Source: Bryobacterales bacterium | GTDB lineage: Bacteria; Acidobacteriota; Terriglobia; Bryobacterales; UBA6623 | Reading direction: 5' to 3' | Assembly: GCA_965248105.1 (NCBI GenBank) | Contig: CBDFIK010000006.1 | Coordinates: 259,761-323,760 of the forward strand | DNA: 64,000 bases | In this document: positions 1 to 8,859 of the stretch, one piece after another | How positions within the stretch are numbered: the stretch's first letter is position 1 | Layout of the letters: every line of letters starts with the position of its first letter | Translations under genes and position numbers: made by a program | The notes under the pieces: model-generated | What the model was told of the DNA's origin: nothing | The model's input: the letters and a program-made list of their open reading frames with translations, nothing else | Database searches by the model: none

Positions 1-1553
1 AAGTAGTCGAACGCGATCCGGCTTTTCTCGAACTCCGTATAGCCTTGAAGCTCGAGTACTTCCATGCGGTCCAGCAGCGCATCGGGGATGGGATCGGTGA
101 CGTTCGCTGTCGTAACGAACAGGACTTTCGACAAGTCGAAAGGTACGTCGAGGTAGTGATCGCGGAAGCTATTATTCTGCTCGGGATCGAGCACTTCCAG
201 CAGCGCCGAAGAGGGGTCTCCGTGGAAGTCCCTGCCGAGCTTGTCGATCTCGTCCATCATGAAGACGGGGTCGTTCGTGCCGGCCCGCCGAAGTCCCTGG
301 ATGATCTGTCCGGGAAGCGCTCCGATATAAGTTCGCCGGTGACCCCGGATTTCAGCTTCATCGTGCACGCCGCCCAGTGAAATCCTAACGAATTCGCGAT
401 TCAATGCCCGCGCGATCGACTTACCCAGCGATGTCTTGCCCACCCCGGGCGGGCCTACTAGACAAAGGATGGGGCCCTTCAAAGTGGGCTTCAATTGCAA
501 CACGGAAAGGAAGTCGAGAATACGCTCTTTGATCTTCTCCAGGTCGTAATGATCGGTGTCGAGAACTTGCTTGGCCCGCAGAACGTCGACTCCGCTGCGG
601 GAGGACTTATTCCAAGGAAGGACCACAAGCCAGTCGAGATAGGTTCGCGTTACGGTATAGTCGGCTGCCGCTGGCGACATGCGCGAGAGGCGCTGCAGTT
701 CACGATGCGCTTCTTTCTTGGCCTCCTCCGGCATGCCGGAGTCATCGATTTTCTTGCGCAGCACTTCGATTTCCGCCTCTTCGTCGAACTCTCCGAGCTC
801 CTTCTGGATCGCCTTCATCTGTTCTCGCAGGTAAAATTCTCGCTGCGACTGAGAAAGCTGATCTTGCACCTGGGTCTGAATTTTATTCCGCAACTGCAAA
901 ACTTCACGTTCTTTATTTAAATAGCGTCCAATGTCTTCGAGCCTCTGCTGGACATCGGTCGTCTCCAGGATGGTCTGCTTTTCCGCCGACGAGAGACCCG
1001 GCAGCGTGGCGGCGATAAAGTCCGCCACCCTCCCCGCCTCGCTGATGTTTTGCACCATCGTCTGCATGTCCCCCGACAAGGCCGGCGACAACTGGACGAC
1101 GTCGTCGAAGACGCTTATGGCGTTCTGACGAAGCGCTTCAATTGCAGCGGTTGGGTCGGGCTCCTCGTTCTGCAATTCCTGGTAGCGAAAGCGGTAAAAC
1201 GGTTGTTGCGAGACCAGATCGGTCAGTTGAATTCGTGCTAAGGCTTCGCAAAAGATCAATAGGCTGTTGTTCGGCATGCGAATGGACTTGTGGATGACAG
1301 CTACGCAACCGATTCGGTAGAGCTCTTCCGGGCTCGGCGCCTCGACACTCGGGTCCCTTTGGGTAACCACGGCCAGTAACTTGTTTTCGCCCAGGGAGTC
1401 CACGAGGGCCTTCGAGCTCTCCCGCCCGATGTTGAGAGGCATTACGGCGTGGGGGAACAGCACCGTATCGCGCACGGGGAGGACAGCCAGTTCGTCCGGG
1501 AACACGTGTTTTACGATTGCGGGTTGCGGGACGTCTTTTTCTTCATCCGCCAT
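1..1553 (-). CDS. lon: ATP-dependent protease La (Lon), 3' part runs off the window
   Basis: Absent from the ORF track (no stop in window). Manual minus-strand translation from ATG at 1553: MADEEKD...LAVLPVRDTVLFPHAVMPLNIGRE (Lon N-domain), QREFYLREQ, Walker A GPPGVGKTS, DEAEIRGHRRTY, Walker B MMDEIDK, SALLEVLDPEQN, LLDRME. Confidence 0.95.
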   Translation of the reverse strand, partial: MADEEKDVPQPAIVKHVFPDELAVLPVRDTVLFPHAVMPLNIGRESSKALVDSLGENKLLAVVTQRDPSVEAPSPEELYRIGCVAVIHKSIRMPNNSLLIFCEALARIQLTDLVSQQPFYRFRYQELQNEEPDPTAAIEALRQNAISVFDDVVQLSPALSGDMQTMVQNISEAGRVADFIAATLPGLSSAEKQTILETTDVQQRLEDIGRYLNKEREVLQLRNKIQTQVQDQLSQSQREFYLREQMKAIQKELGEFDEEAEIEVLRKKIDDSGMPEEAKKEAHRELQRLSRMSPAAADYTVTRTYLDWLVVLPWNKSSRSGVDVLRAKQVLDTDHYDLEKIKERILDFLSVLQLKPTLKGPILCLVGPPGVGKTSLGKSIARALNREFVRISLGGVHDEAEIRGHRRTYIGALPGQIIQGLRRAGTNDPVFMMDEIDKLGRDFHGDPSSALLEVLDPEQNNSFRDHYLDVPFDLSKVLFVTTANVTDPIPDALLDRMEVLELQGYTEFEKSRIAFDY

Positions 1554-1663
1554 AGCTTCTGCTCGAACCTTTCGACTCTCGGTAGCAGGCCTGCGCCGCC
1601 CAACCGGGCAAGGAAAACGAGGCTGCCCCAGGCCCCGGCTCGCTGCTATCACACCGGCTTGTT

Positions 1664-2500
1664 CTAGGCTGCTTGCGGGTAGCACCCCAATACCGACAGC
1701 AGATCAGTCATCTCGGCCAGGTGGTTCATCGCGTGACGGCAATTTGGCTGTTTCGGCGATCCGAGAAAGTCGAGATAAAACAAGTACTCCCACGGGCGCC
1801 CTCGAAGTGGCCGAGATTCAATTTTTGCCAGATTGATATCTCGCAAAGCAAAGGCGCTCAGACACCGGAACAGCACGCCCGGTTGGTTGCGTGTTGAGAA
1901 GACGATCGATGTTTTCAAAACTTCGTCGTTCTTACTGTTTAGCCGGAGCGCCTTTCGCGCCAATAAGAAGAAGCGTGTGTAATTCCGGCGGTCATCTTCG
2001 ATCGACTTGCGGATAATCTTCGCGCCGTAATATTTTGCAGCCGCCGCCGAAGCGATCGCCGCCTCTGTCACGTCGTCTCCTTCCATCACTCGCTTCACAC
2101 TTCCCGCGGTGTCGTAGTAGCTTTCAGAACGAATCCGAGGATTCTTTCTAAAGAAGTGGAGACATTGTCCCAGCGCAACCGGATGAGAGATCGCGTGCCG
2201 AATTTGCGAGAATGTCGTTTCCGGGCGTCCGATCAGATTGTGAACGATCCGGACACGAGCTTCGGCGATGATCGGCAACTTGAAGTTCAACAAGTGATCG
2301 TAGTTCTCGTGTACCGAACCCGCTAGGGTATTCTCAATGGGCACGACCGCGTAGGGCACTTTCCCGGCGGCCAGCAGCTGGAATACATCCTCGAAACGCT
2401 CGCAGGGGACGTAATCTAAATCGTCCCCTAGAAACTGGCGGCTCGCTTCCTCGCTGAAAGCGCCCCTCGCGCCTTGGAAGCCGACCTTCTTTCTCGCCAT
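1664..2500 (-). CDS. pheA: prephenate dehydratase (PDT + ACT domain)
   Basis: VGFQGARGAFSE, PIENTLAGSV, NYTRF, INLAKIESRP, WEYLFYLD motifs. Confidence 0.93.
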   Translation of the reverse strand: MARKKVGFQGARGAFSEEASRQFLGDDLDYVPCERFEDVFQLLAAGKVPYAVVPIENTLAGSVHENYDHLLNFKLPIIAEARVRIVHNLIGRPETTFSQIRHAISHPVALGQCLHFFRKNPRIRSESYYDTAGSVKRVMEGDDVTEAAIASAAAAKYYGAKIIRKSIEDDRRNYTRFFLLARKALRLNSKNDEVLKTSIVFSTRNQPGVLFRCLSAFALRDINLAKIESRPLRGRPWEYLFYLDFLGSPKQPNCRHAMNHLAEMTDLLSVLGCYPQAA

Positions 2501-2606
2501 CGTGGGATCACTAACGTGCTCGAACCCCTATTGCAAGCCACTTTCGTGGGGTATGGGGGCGCCGGCTGCTACAACGCTCCTCAGGACCATTATACGGGGT
2601 ATAGGA

Positions 2607-3923
2607 TCAGCGCCCCGTAGACTTGGATTTGACGACCACGGGTGTCCCTTCGAGATCGAAGGCCCTGCGCAACTGGTTGCGAAGAAAACGTTGAAAGGAA
2701 AAGTGAAAGGGGCCGGCCCGCTTGGTAAAAAAGACGAACGTCGGAGGCGCCACGGCCGGTTGGGTCACGTAGCGAATCGTCGGCTTGCGGAATCCGGGAT
2801 AGCTGACGCGGTCGAAATCCACCGCTTCCAGAAAACGGTTCAGCTCGGCCGTTGGCACCCGTCGATGCGCCGCCCCATAGACCTTGCGAATCAACGGGAA
2901 AAGCCGCCCGATCCCTTGCTCCTTCGTGGCTGATACAAACGCGAGTGGTGCATAGTCGAGGAACTTCAGGCCTCGCCGCACCTCGGGTTCCACTTCTGAA
3001 GTCTTCTTTCCGTGGGCCAGGTCCCACTTGTTGATGACGATGACGACCGCTTTGCCCGCGGAGTCCGCGTAGCCGGCAATCGAACCGTCGAGGGCCGTCA
3101 CTCCCTCAATAGGATCGAGCAGCATGAGGACGACGTTAGCCAGGCGAATGTGCCTCTGCGCCATCACCACGCTCAGTTTCTCAGCCATTTGCTTCGTCTT
3201 GCCCTTGCGACGAATACCGGCGGTATCGACGAACTGAAAACGGGCGCCTTTAACCACGACTTCTTCGTCAACGGCGTCGCGGGTCGTTCCAGGCGTCGGG
3301 GAAACAATCGCCCTTTCCGTCCCGGTTAGCTTGTTCAGTAGGGTCGATTTGCCGACGTTCGGCCGCCCGATAATGGCTACTCGGACTATGCTCGGGTCCG
3401 GGTCGGACGCCTCGGATACGGGGAATCCTTCGGTGGCGTGGTTGAGGAGGGCCTCTATGCCGCGGTCGTGTTCCGCCGAAACAGGAAACACCTCAGCGAT
3501 GCCAAGCTCGTAGAATTCCGAGGCGAGGGCATCTCGAGTTTGCGTGTCGCACTTGTTGACTACCAAGGAGACCGCTAAGCTGCTGCGCCGCAACAAGTCT
3601 GCCAGATCCCGGTCTGTGGCCGTGATCTCCGAGCGCCCATCCACCACGAAGATTACATGCGCGGCATCTTCGATCGCTTTGCGAGCCTGTTGCTCGACCA
3701 AGGCGGGGAATTCCTCCCGGCTGCGGAATATCATCCCGCCGGTGTCGATCAGCCTGAACCGACGACCTTGCCACTCAGCCTCAAGGTGAATACGGTCTCG
3801 GGTTATGCCCGGCTCGTTGCCGACGATAGACCGGCGGCTCCCCGTGATGCGGTTGAATAGCGCTGATTTCCCTACGTTAGGCCGGCCCACGATGACCACC
3901 GTGGGCGGTGTTGAGCGGCTCAT
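2607..3923 (-). CDS. der: ribosome biogenesis GTPase Der (EngA)
   Basis: Two GTPase domains (GRPNVGKS...DTGG...NKCD; GRPNVGKS...DTAG...NKWD) plus KH-like C-terminus. Start placed at the second Met of the ORF. Confidence 0.95.
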   Translation of the reverse strand: MSRSTPPTVVIVGRPNVGKSALFNRITGSRRSIVGNEPGITRDRIHLEAEWQGRRFRLIDTGGMIFRSREEFPALVEQQARKAIEDAAHVIFVVDGRSEITATDRDLADLLRRSSLAVSLVVNKCDTQTRDALASEFYELGIAEVFPVSAEHDRGIEALLNHATEGFPVSEASDPDPSIVRVAIIGRPNVGKSTLLNKLTGTERAIVSPTPGTTRDAVDEEVVVKGARFQFVDTAGIRRKGKTKQMAEKLSVVMAQRHIRLANVVLMLLDPIEGVTALDGSIAGYADSAGKAVVIVINKWDLAHGKKTSEVEPEVRRGLKFLDYAPLAFVSATKEQGIGRLFPLIRKVYGAAHRRVPTAELNRFLEAVDFDRVSYPGFRKPTIRYVTQPAVAPPTFVFFTKRAGPFHFSFQRFLRNQLRRAFDLEGTPVVVKSKSTGR

Positions 3924-4075
3924 CGATCCCCATGATAGCATCGGAATCAGAGCGTTCCCGGACCGGTAAGGGGGGCGTCGCCTCTGGCCTTTGGATGGTT
4001 GATTCGCCCTTGAGACGCGGCGTCGGCGTACGTGAGGGTGCCTGACTCCAGCCGACGGTTCAAGGCCTCCCGGCC

Positions 4076-4375
4076 ATGAGATTACGCAGCGCGAAAGGCC
4101 GGCTCAAGGTTGAACACTCCATCATCGGGGGTTTGCGCCCCGTGCTCGAAGCGCTTCTCGAGCGCTACCCCGAGATCAAGTCCATCATTCCCGGCGACAT
4201 CCGCCGCGTGCGAAAAGCCCGAGGAGCGGTTAAGATCCGCATCACCATCCCGACGCACACAGGTTGGAAGGCCATCGCCCTGGCGAGCGGTGCTCGGCAG
4301 GAGCTGTTCCTCACGACGAAAATGAGCCGCGGCGATTTGGACATTGCGCTACAGAAAGTCCTGGCGGCCCAGTGA
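4076..4375 (+). CDS. small basic protein, DUF2103-like
   Basis: 99 aa with EHSIIGGL, IKSIIPGDI and GARQELF segments resembling DUF2103. Family call is from memory. Confidence 0.55.
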   Translation: MRLRSAKGRLKVEHSIIGGLRPVLEALLERYPEIKSIIPGDIRRVRKARGAVKIRITIPTHTGWKAIALASGARQELFLTTKMSRGDLDIALQKVLAAQ

Positions 4376-4377
4376 TG

Positions 4378-4549
4378 GCCGGCCGCAGTGGAGCAAGGCC
4401 CCGCTGTTCGAGATGTAGGGGCGCGATTGATCCCGCCCGCTTGCCTTACCAACTGTAAGCCGGACGATGTACACAAACTGTCGCCGCGAGCCATAGCCAC
4501 CGGGCTTTTGGCCCCCAATCGCAGTGACAGTGGTGAGAAAAGCGGGCTA
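4378..4549. repeat. dispersed REP-containing repeat, empty allele
   Basis: Aligns with 16817-16933 plus 17122-17177. Contains GTAGGGGCGCGATTGATCCCGCCC and ends TGGTGAGAAAAGCGGGCTA. Confidence 0.8.
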
Positions 4550-5353
4550 TGGCCTTTGGAGGTGCAGTTCCTTGAGAACCGAATCTGTCTCGATGTAGGT
4601 CCCGCTATGGCTCGAGCTTTCGCGAACGATGCCGATTCCGGGCTTGAACCAGCGGATAAGCGGGCCTCCGAGCGTGCGGTAGACGAGAAGAAAGGCATCC
4701 TCGATTTCGCTGTAAGGCGTCGTGACATCCTGTCGGCTTTGGACGACCCAGTAATAGTTGCCTGGGTTCGGCGCCCCTCCCTTGCCTTGCCGGAACAAGG
4801 TCAACTTTTCCAGGTCTTCCTGTTCTCGCTGTCTCTCGGACCAACGGATGCCGATCGTCATGGGGAAGAAAAAGTCGGGAGTCGCCTGGTCCAGCTGCGA
4901 TCTGCATTGTTCCGTGAGGGCCTTGGCGGCATCATCCCAACAGCGTGGGTAAAGGGGAAGAACGTAGCTGCCGCGGACGAGATAGAAGCGGTGCGTTGCC
5001 GGGCTGGGACGTTTGATAAAGGCGACCTTCTGCTCCTCGCTCCAGCCTGGAGCGAAGTCATGCTCAACGTCGGTGTTACGTTCGCGCCAGTGAACGACGG
5101 TTCCTTCCGGGATCGAGTCCCGCCCGACGATCGTTACCTCCCGGGTCGATGTCCTTCGCACCCGACGAGGTGGATTTCCGGTGGCATAGGTGTCTTGGTA
5201 GACCCAGCGGTTGCCCAGCTCGAGCGGGAAGTACTCGAAGACGTTGGCGCTTTCTTTGACCTCTAGGCTCAGGAAGGGGCGGTCTTGGCCCAGCACGTGG
5301 GATGCATAAAGCGCCAAGAACCAGAGAAGAAAGGGCAGGCGCCTAGTGCACAT
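4547..5353 (-). CDS. secreted hypothetical protein
   Basis: Signal-peptide-like N-terminus MCTRRLPFLLWFLALYASHVLG; FPLELGNRWVY and IRWFKPGIGIVRE segments. Start could be 5392. Confidence 0.7.
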   Translation of the reverse strand: MCTRRLPFLLWFLALYASHVLGQDRPFLSLEVKESANVFEYFPLELGNRWVYQDTYATGNPPRRVRRTSTREVTIVGRDSIPEGTVVHWRERNTDVEHDFAPGWSEEQKVAFIKRPSPATHRFYLVRGSYVLPLYPRCWDDAAKALTEQCRSQLDQATPDFFFPMTIGIRWSERQREQEDLEKLTLFRQGKGGAPNPGNYYWVVQSRQDVTTPYSEIEDAFLLVYRTLGGPLIRWFKPGIGIVRESSSHSGTYIETDSVLKELHLQRP

Positions 5354-5426
5354 TACAGCTTTGAGAATAGCCTGATTCGTCGGACGCTCCACTTTCGACG
5401 GGGTGTTAACCTCCTCGGTTCGACAC

Positions 5427-6582
5427 TAGTGTAGTGCCACTAACGGTTCTGGACAATGGCGTGGGTTTTGGCGGCGCGCTCGACTTTGGCGAGGATATCT
5501 TGTGCCGGAGCTGTCCAGACAAAGGGCTTGGGCGCTTGGTTGCTCGCTTCCAGGTACTCGTGGATGGCGGCCTCGAGTTCGGGAACACTGCGGAACACGC
5601 CGCGGCGGAGGCGCTTCTGTGTCAGCTCGCGGAACCAGCGCTCGACGAGATTGAGCCAGGAAGAAGACGTGGGAATGAAGTGAAAGTGGAAGCGGGGGTG
5701 CTTCGCGAGCCACTTCTTCACCTGCTCATGCTTGTGCGTGGAGTAGTTGTCCACGATCAGATGCAGCTCCAGCGCCGGTGGTGTTTGGCGGTCGATCTGG
5801 CGTAGGAATTTGAGGAATTCCTGGTGCCGATGTCGCGGCAGACACTCCCCGATCACCTGGCCGTCGCGCACATTGAAGGCGGCGAACAGCGTCGTTGTGC
5901 CATGTCGTTTGAAGTCGTGGGTCATGGTGCCGGCACGACCCTTTTTCAGGGGCAGTCCCGGCTGGCTGCGGTCTAAGGCCTGGATCTGGCTTTTCTCATC
6001 GACACTGAGCACCAGCGCGTGCTCGGGCGGATTCAAGTACAGACCGACCACGTCGCGGAGTTTCTCGACGAACTGCTTGTCGCGGCTGAGCTTGAAAGTT
6101 TCGAGGCGATGGGGCTGCAGTCCGTGCGCTTTCCAGACGCGCTGGATGGCCATCTTGGAGACGCCCAAGTGCTTGGCGAGGGTGCGGGTGCTCCAATGCG
6201 TGGCCGCCCGGGGCTTCTCGTGAAGTGTTGTATTGAGGATGCCTTGGACGAATTCAGCGGAGAGCGCCGGTTTGCGTCCGGGGCGCGTCTGATCGCGGAG
6301 TCCGTCGAGGCCGGACTGGGCGAAGCGCTTTCGCCACAGGATGACGGTCTTGCGGTTGACGCCGAGTCCGCGGGCAATGGCGTGGTTCGCCAACCCCTGC
6401 GCACAGCGCAAAACAATGTGCGCTCGCAAGACCATTTTCTGCCTCGTATTGCGGCCTCGAACGAGGCGACGAAGAGCGTTTCCCTGCGGAGCGGTGAGGG
6501 GTAGAGCGTCAGCGGATGGCCACACAAACCATCCTACCGCGAAAGGGTGTTATTGTCCAGTTATTTATGTGGCACTACACTA
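5427..6582 (-). mobile_element. IS630-family insertion sequence, copy 1
   Basis: Ends TAGTGTAGTGCCAC and GTGGCACTACACTA. TA duplicated at 5427-5428 and 6581-6582 in a CTAG context. Confidence 0.95.
5440..6525 (-). CDS. IS630-family transposase (HTH + DDE), intact single ORF
   Basis: HWSTRTLA, DEKSQIQAL, IVDNYSTHK, SSWLNLVERWF motifs; 361 aa. Confidence 0.95.
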   Translation of the reverse strand: MWPSADALPLTAPQGNALRRLVRGRNTRQKMVLRAHIVLRCAQGLANHAIARGLGVNRKTVILWRKRFAQSGLDGLRDQTRPGRKPALSAEFVQGILNTTLHEKPRAATHWSTRTLAKHLGVSKMAIQRVWKAHGLQPHRLETFKLSRDKQFVEKLRDVVGLYLNPPEHALVLSVDEKSQIQALDRSQPGLPLKKGRAGTMTHDFKRHGTTTLFAAFNVRDGQVIGECLPRHRHQEFLKFLRQIDRQTPPALELHLIVDNYSTHKHEQVKKWLAKHPRFHFHFIPTSSSWLNLVERWFRELTQKRLRRGVFRSVPELEAAIHEYLEASNQAPKPFVWTAPAQDILAKVERAAKTHAIVQNR

Positions 6583-6633
6583 GCGGCGGATTACATATAG
6601 GAGTATTGATCCGAGCGGCCCCTACGCGCGGGC

Positions 6634-6702
6634 GACAAGCAGGAGTGTTTATCCCACCAGAATCTCCGCGCCGCGGACGACAAGCAGAAGTGCTTATCCT
6701 AC
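6634..6702. repeat. two REP-like palindromes related to the IS110 target
   Basis: GACAAGCAGGAGTGTTTATCCCAC (6634-6657) and GACAAGCAGAAGTGCTTATCCTAC (6679-6702). Confidence 0.75.
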
Positions 6703-6713
6703 CCGGCGGGCTG

Positions 6714-7640
6714 CTACGCAGCCAGAGCCTGCTTGCAGTACTCGAAACACTTGCGCACTTCCGCGACGGTGTCGTCGCCGTCGTACTCGTATTCGATATT
6801 GGCGGGGATCCTGTATCGTTTTTCGCGCAGCAGGGCCAGGACTTCCCGGATCGGCGTATCGCCTTCTCCGAAAGGCACGTTGGCGCCCTGGTCGCGCTTA
6901 CGATCCTTGATGTGCAGGGTCAGGATGTCGTCGTGGTGCTTGTCGAGGTAGTCGACGGCGTCGAAATTCGCGGCGGTGAAGTGGCCGATATCCAAGTTAA
7001 TAGCGATGTAGTCGGAGTTTCCCTTGCGGGCGCGGGCGAAGTCATCCGGCGTGGCGAACTCGTTTTCTCTGATGTTGGAGTGATTGTGCATCCCCACGCG
7101 CGTCTTGTATTTCTTGGCATAGGGATCGATGCGGCTTGCGGTGTTGACGTTCGCCGAAGCGGTGATGACCTTGGCGCCGAGCGCTTGAGCCATCTCAAAG
7201 CCGCGCTCGATTTCGGCATCGGTGAAATCATCCTTGAAACTGTAGTTGTAGGCGTAGACGTCAATGCCGGCGTCCCGAAACTTCTTGCCCACGGCTTCGA
7301 ATTCCTCGAGTGAAACAGAAAGCCGCCATTGACGCAGCTCCTCGCGGCTTTTTTTTGGAGACCCACCGAATCCTCCTTCCAAGTGCCCGGACGCGACCTC
7401 ACAGGAGCCAATGCCGATATCGGCAATCGCTTGGATGGCTTCGTCCAGCGAACGATCCCGGAAGCTATAGCTCTGCACGCCGATCAACACCCCGTTGAAC
7501 GTGGAATCGATCATTGGAGTAGGTGGGGTGCCCTCGGTTGGGGCCGGTTCGCTCTCGGGACTGGACTCGCAACGAGCCAGAAGCAAGCCTCCTACACCGG
7601 ACAGCGAGAGTGCTCCGAAACGTCTTCGGTTAATCGACAT
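6714..7640 (-). CDS. sugar phosphate isomerase/epimerase-family TIM barrel protein, probably TAT-exported
   Basis: MSINRRRFG twin-arginine-like leader; GVQSYSFR, GMHNH, NLDIGH, LHIKD, NIEYE metal-ligand motifs. Confidence 0.85.
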   Translation of the reverse strand: MSINRRRFGALSLSGVGGLLLARCESSPESEPAPTEGTPPTPMIDSTFNGVLIGVQSYSFRDRSLDEAIQAIADIGIGSCEVASGHLEGGFGGSPKKSREELRQWRLSVSLEEFEAVGKKFRDAGIDVYAYNYSFKDDFTDAEIERGFEMAQALGAKVITASANVNTASRIDPYAKKYKTRVGMHNHSNIRENEFATPDDFARARKGNSDYIAINLDIGHFTAANFDAVDYLDKHHDDILTLHIKDRKRDQGANVPFGEGDTPIREVLALLREKRYRIPANIEYEYDGDDTVAEVRKCFEYCKQALAA

Positions 7641-7863
7641 GTCTTATCTCCCCTAGGGTCTTGGCAATCCCACACGCGCCTACCCGGCGGATCTGAGCCC
7701 GCGCCGGGCTGCGCGCCGCCGGCAGCACCAAATGCCTACTTTACGATGCGAATCGCGGATCGGCGAGTGGCATCATAGCGCAGTTACGGAACCGAGGGCT
7801 ACTAGGTTCACTTTCCATAACTCCGATACAGTAAGAAGGCCGGCACGGGCCAGATGAAGAGAC

Positions 7864-8805
7864 ATGAAAAGCGCTCTAGTCACAGGCGGGGCCGGGTTCA
7901 TCGGATCGGCGCTGGTGCGAGGTTTGTTGTCCCGGGAAGACGTAGAGCGGGTTGTCGTGGTGGATAACTTGCTGACCGGCAGCGAGGCCAATCTTTCGCA
8001 AGTCGGTGACTCGATTGAATTCCATGTTGCCGACACCCGCGACCTGGAGGCGATGGAGGGCCTTTTCCAGGGCGTAGACGTTGTCTTTCATCAGGCGGCG
8101 ATCCCGTCCGTACCGCGGTCGATCGCGGAGCCCGACCTCACCCACGACGTCAACATCAATGGGACGTTCACCGTGTTCCGAGCAGCCCAAAAGACCGGGG
8201 TCCGCCGTGTTGTCTACGCGGCGTCCTCGTCGGCCTACGGCGATCAACCCGATCTGCCCAAAAAAGAATCGATGCTGCCTAGCCCTCAGTCACCGTACGC
8301 CGTTCAGAAGCTGGTTGGCGAGTATTACGCGCGGATTTTTTGGCAAGTTCATGATGTCGAGACGGTTTCGCTGCGCTACTTCAATGTTTTTGGGCCGCGC
8401 CAGGACCCCTCTTCCCCCTATTCCGGGGTCTTGTCGCTGTTCTGCACAGCACTTCTCGAGCGACGCCAGCCGACGATCTTCGGTGACGGCGAACAGTCTC
8501 GCGACTTCACTTACGTGGACGACGTCGTGCAGTTGAATCTTCTCGCGGCGGATTCTCCCGGAGCTCCTGGGAACGTTTACAACGGCGGGACGGGGAGCCG
8601 CCGCACCTTAAATAAGGTGTGGGCCCTCCTGCAGAAGATCGAGAGTGTCCAGATCACTCCAACCTACGGGCCACCTCGTGTGGGGGACGTGAAGCATTCC
8701 CAGGCTGACTTGACTTCCGCCCGCCGGGACCTGGGTTATGAGCCGCGGGTTAGCTTCGAAGAGGGGCTCAGGCGTACGCTGCAGTGGTACCGCGAAACCA
8801 GGTAG
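7864..8805 (+). CDS. NAD-dependent sugar epimerase/dehydratase (extended SDR, GalE/WbpP-like)
   Basis: TGGAGFIGS, FHQAAIPSVPRS, YAVQK, YFNVFGPRQDP, RDFTYV. Confidence 0.9.
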   Translation: MKSALVTGGAGFIGSALVRGLLSREDVERVVVVDNLLTGSEANLSQVGDSIEFHVADTRDLEAMEGLFQGVDVVFHQAAIPSVPRSIAEPDLTHDVNINGTFTVFRAAQKTGVRRVVYAASSSAYGDQPDLPKKESMLPSPQSPYAVQKLVGEYYARIFWQVHDVETVSLRYFNVFGPRQDPSSPYSGVLSLFCTALLERRQPTIFGDGEQSRDFTYVDDVVQLNLLAADSPGAPGNVYNGGTGSRRTLNKVWALLQKIESVQITPTYGPPRVGDVKHSQADLTSARRDLGYEPRVSFEEGLRRTLQWYRETR

Positions 8806-8859
8806 AAAACCCAGCGTGATAGATTGCGTCATGCTTCCTGAGATGAAAGCTGGGCTTCG

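Noticed and set aside
45-1836. Several plus-strand ORFs (111, 141, 151 aa)
   Set aside because: Antisense shadows of lon and pheA; the real lon frame is open on the minus strand.
4388-5266. 292-aa plus-strand ORF
   Set aside because: Starts inside a repeat, lies antisense to a gene with a signal peptide and has no motifs.
6516-7313. 265-aa plus-strand ORF
   Set aside because: Antisense shadow of the TIM-barrel gene.
7864-8805. Calling the epimerase hpnA
   Set aside because: Motifs (YFNVFGPRQDP, SVPRS) fit GalE/WbpP-type enzymes better than HpnA, so it is left unnamed.
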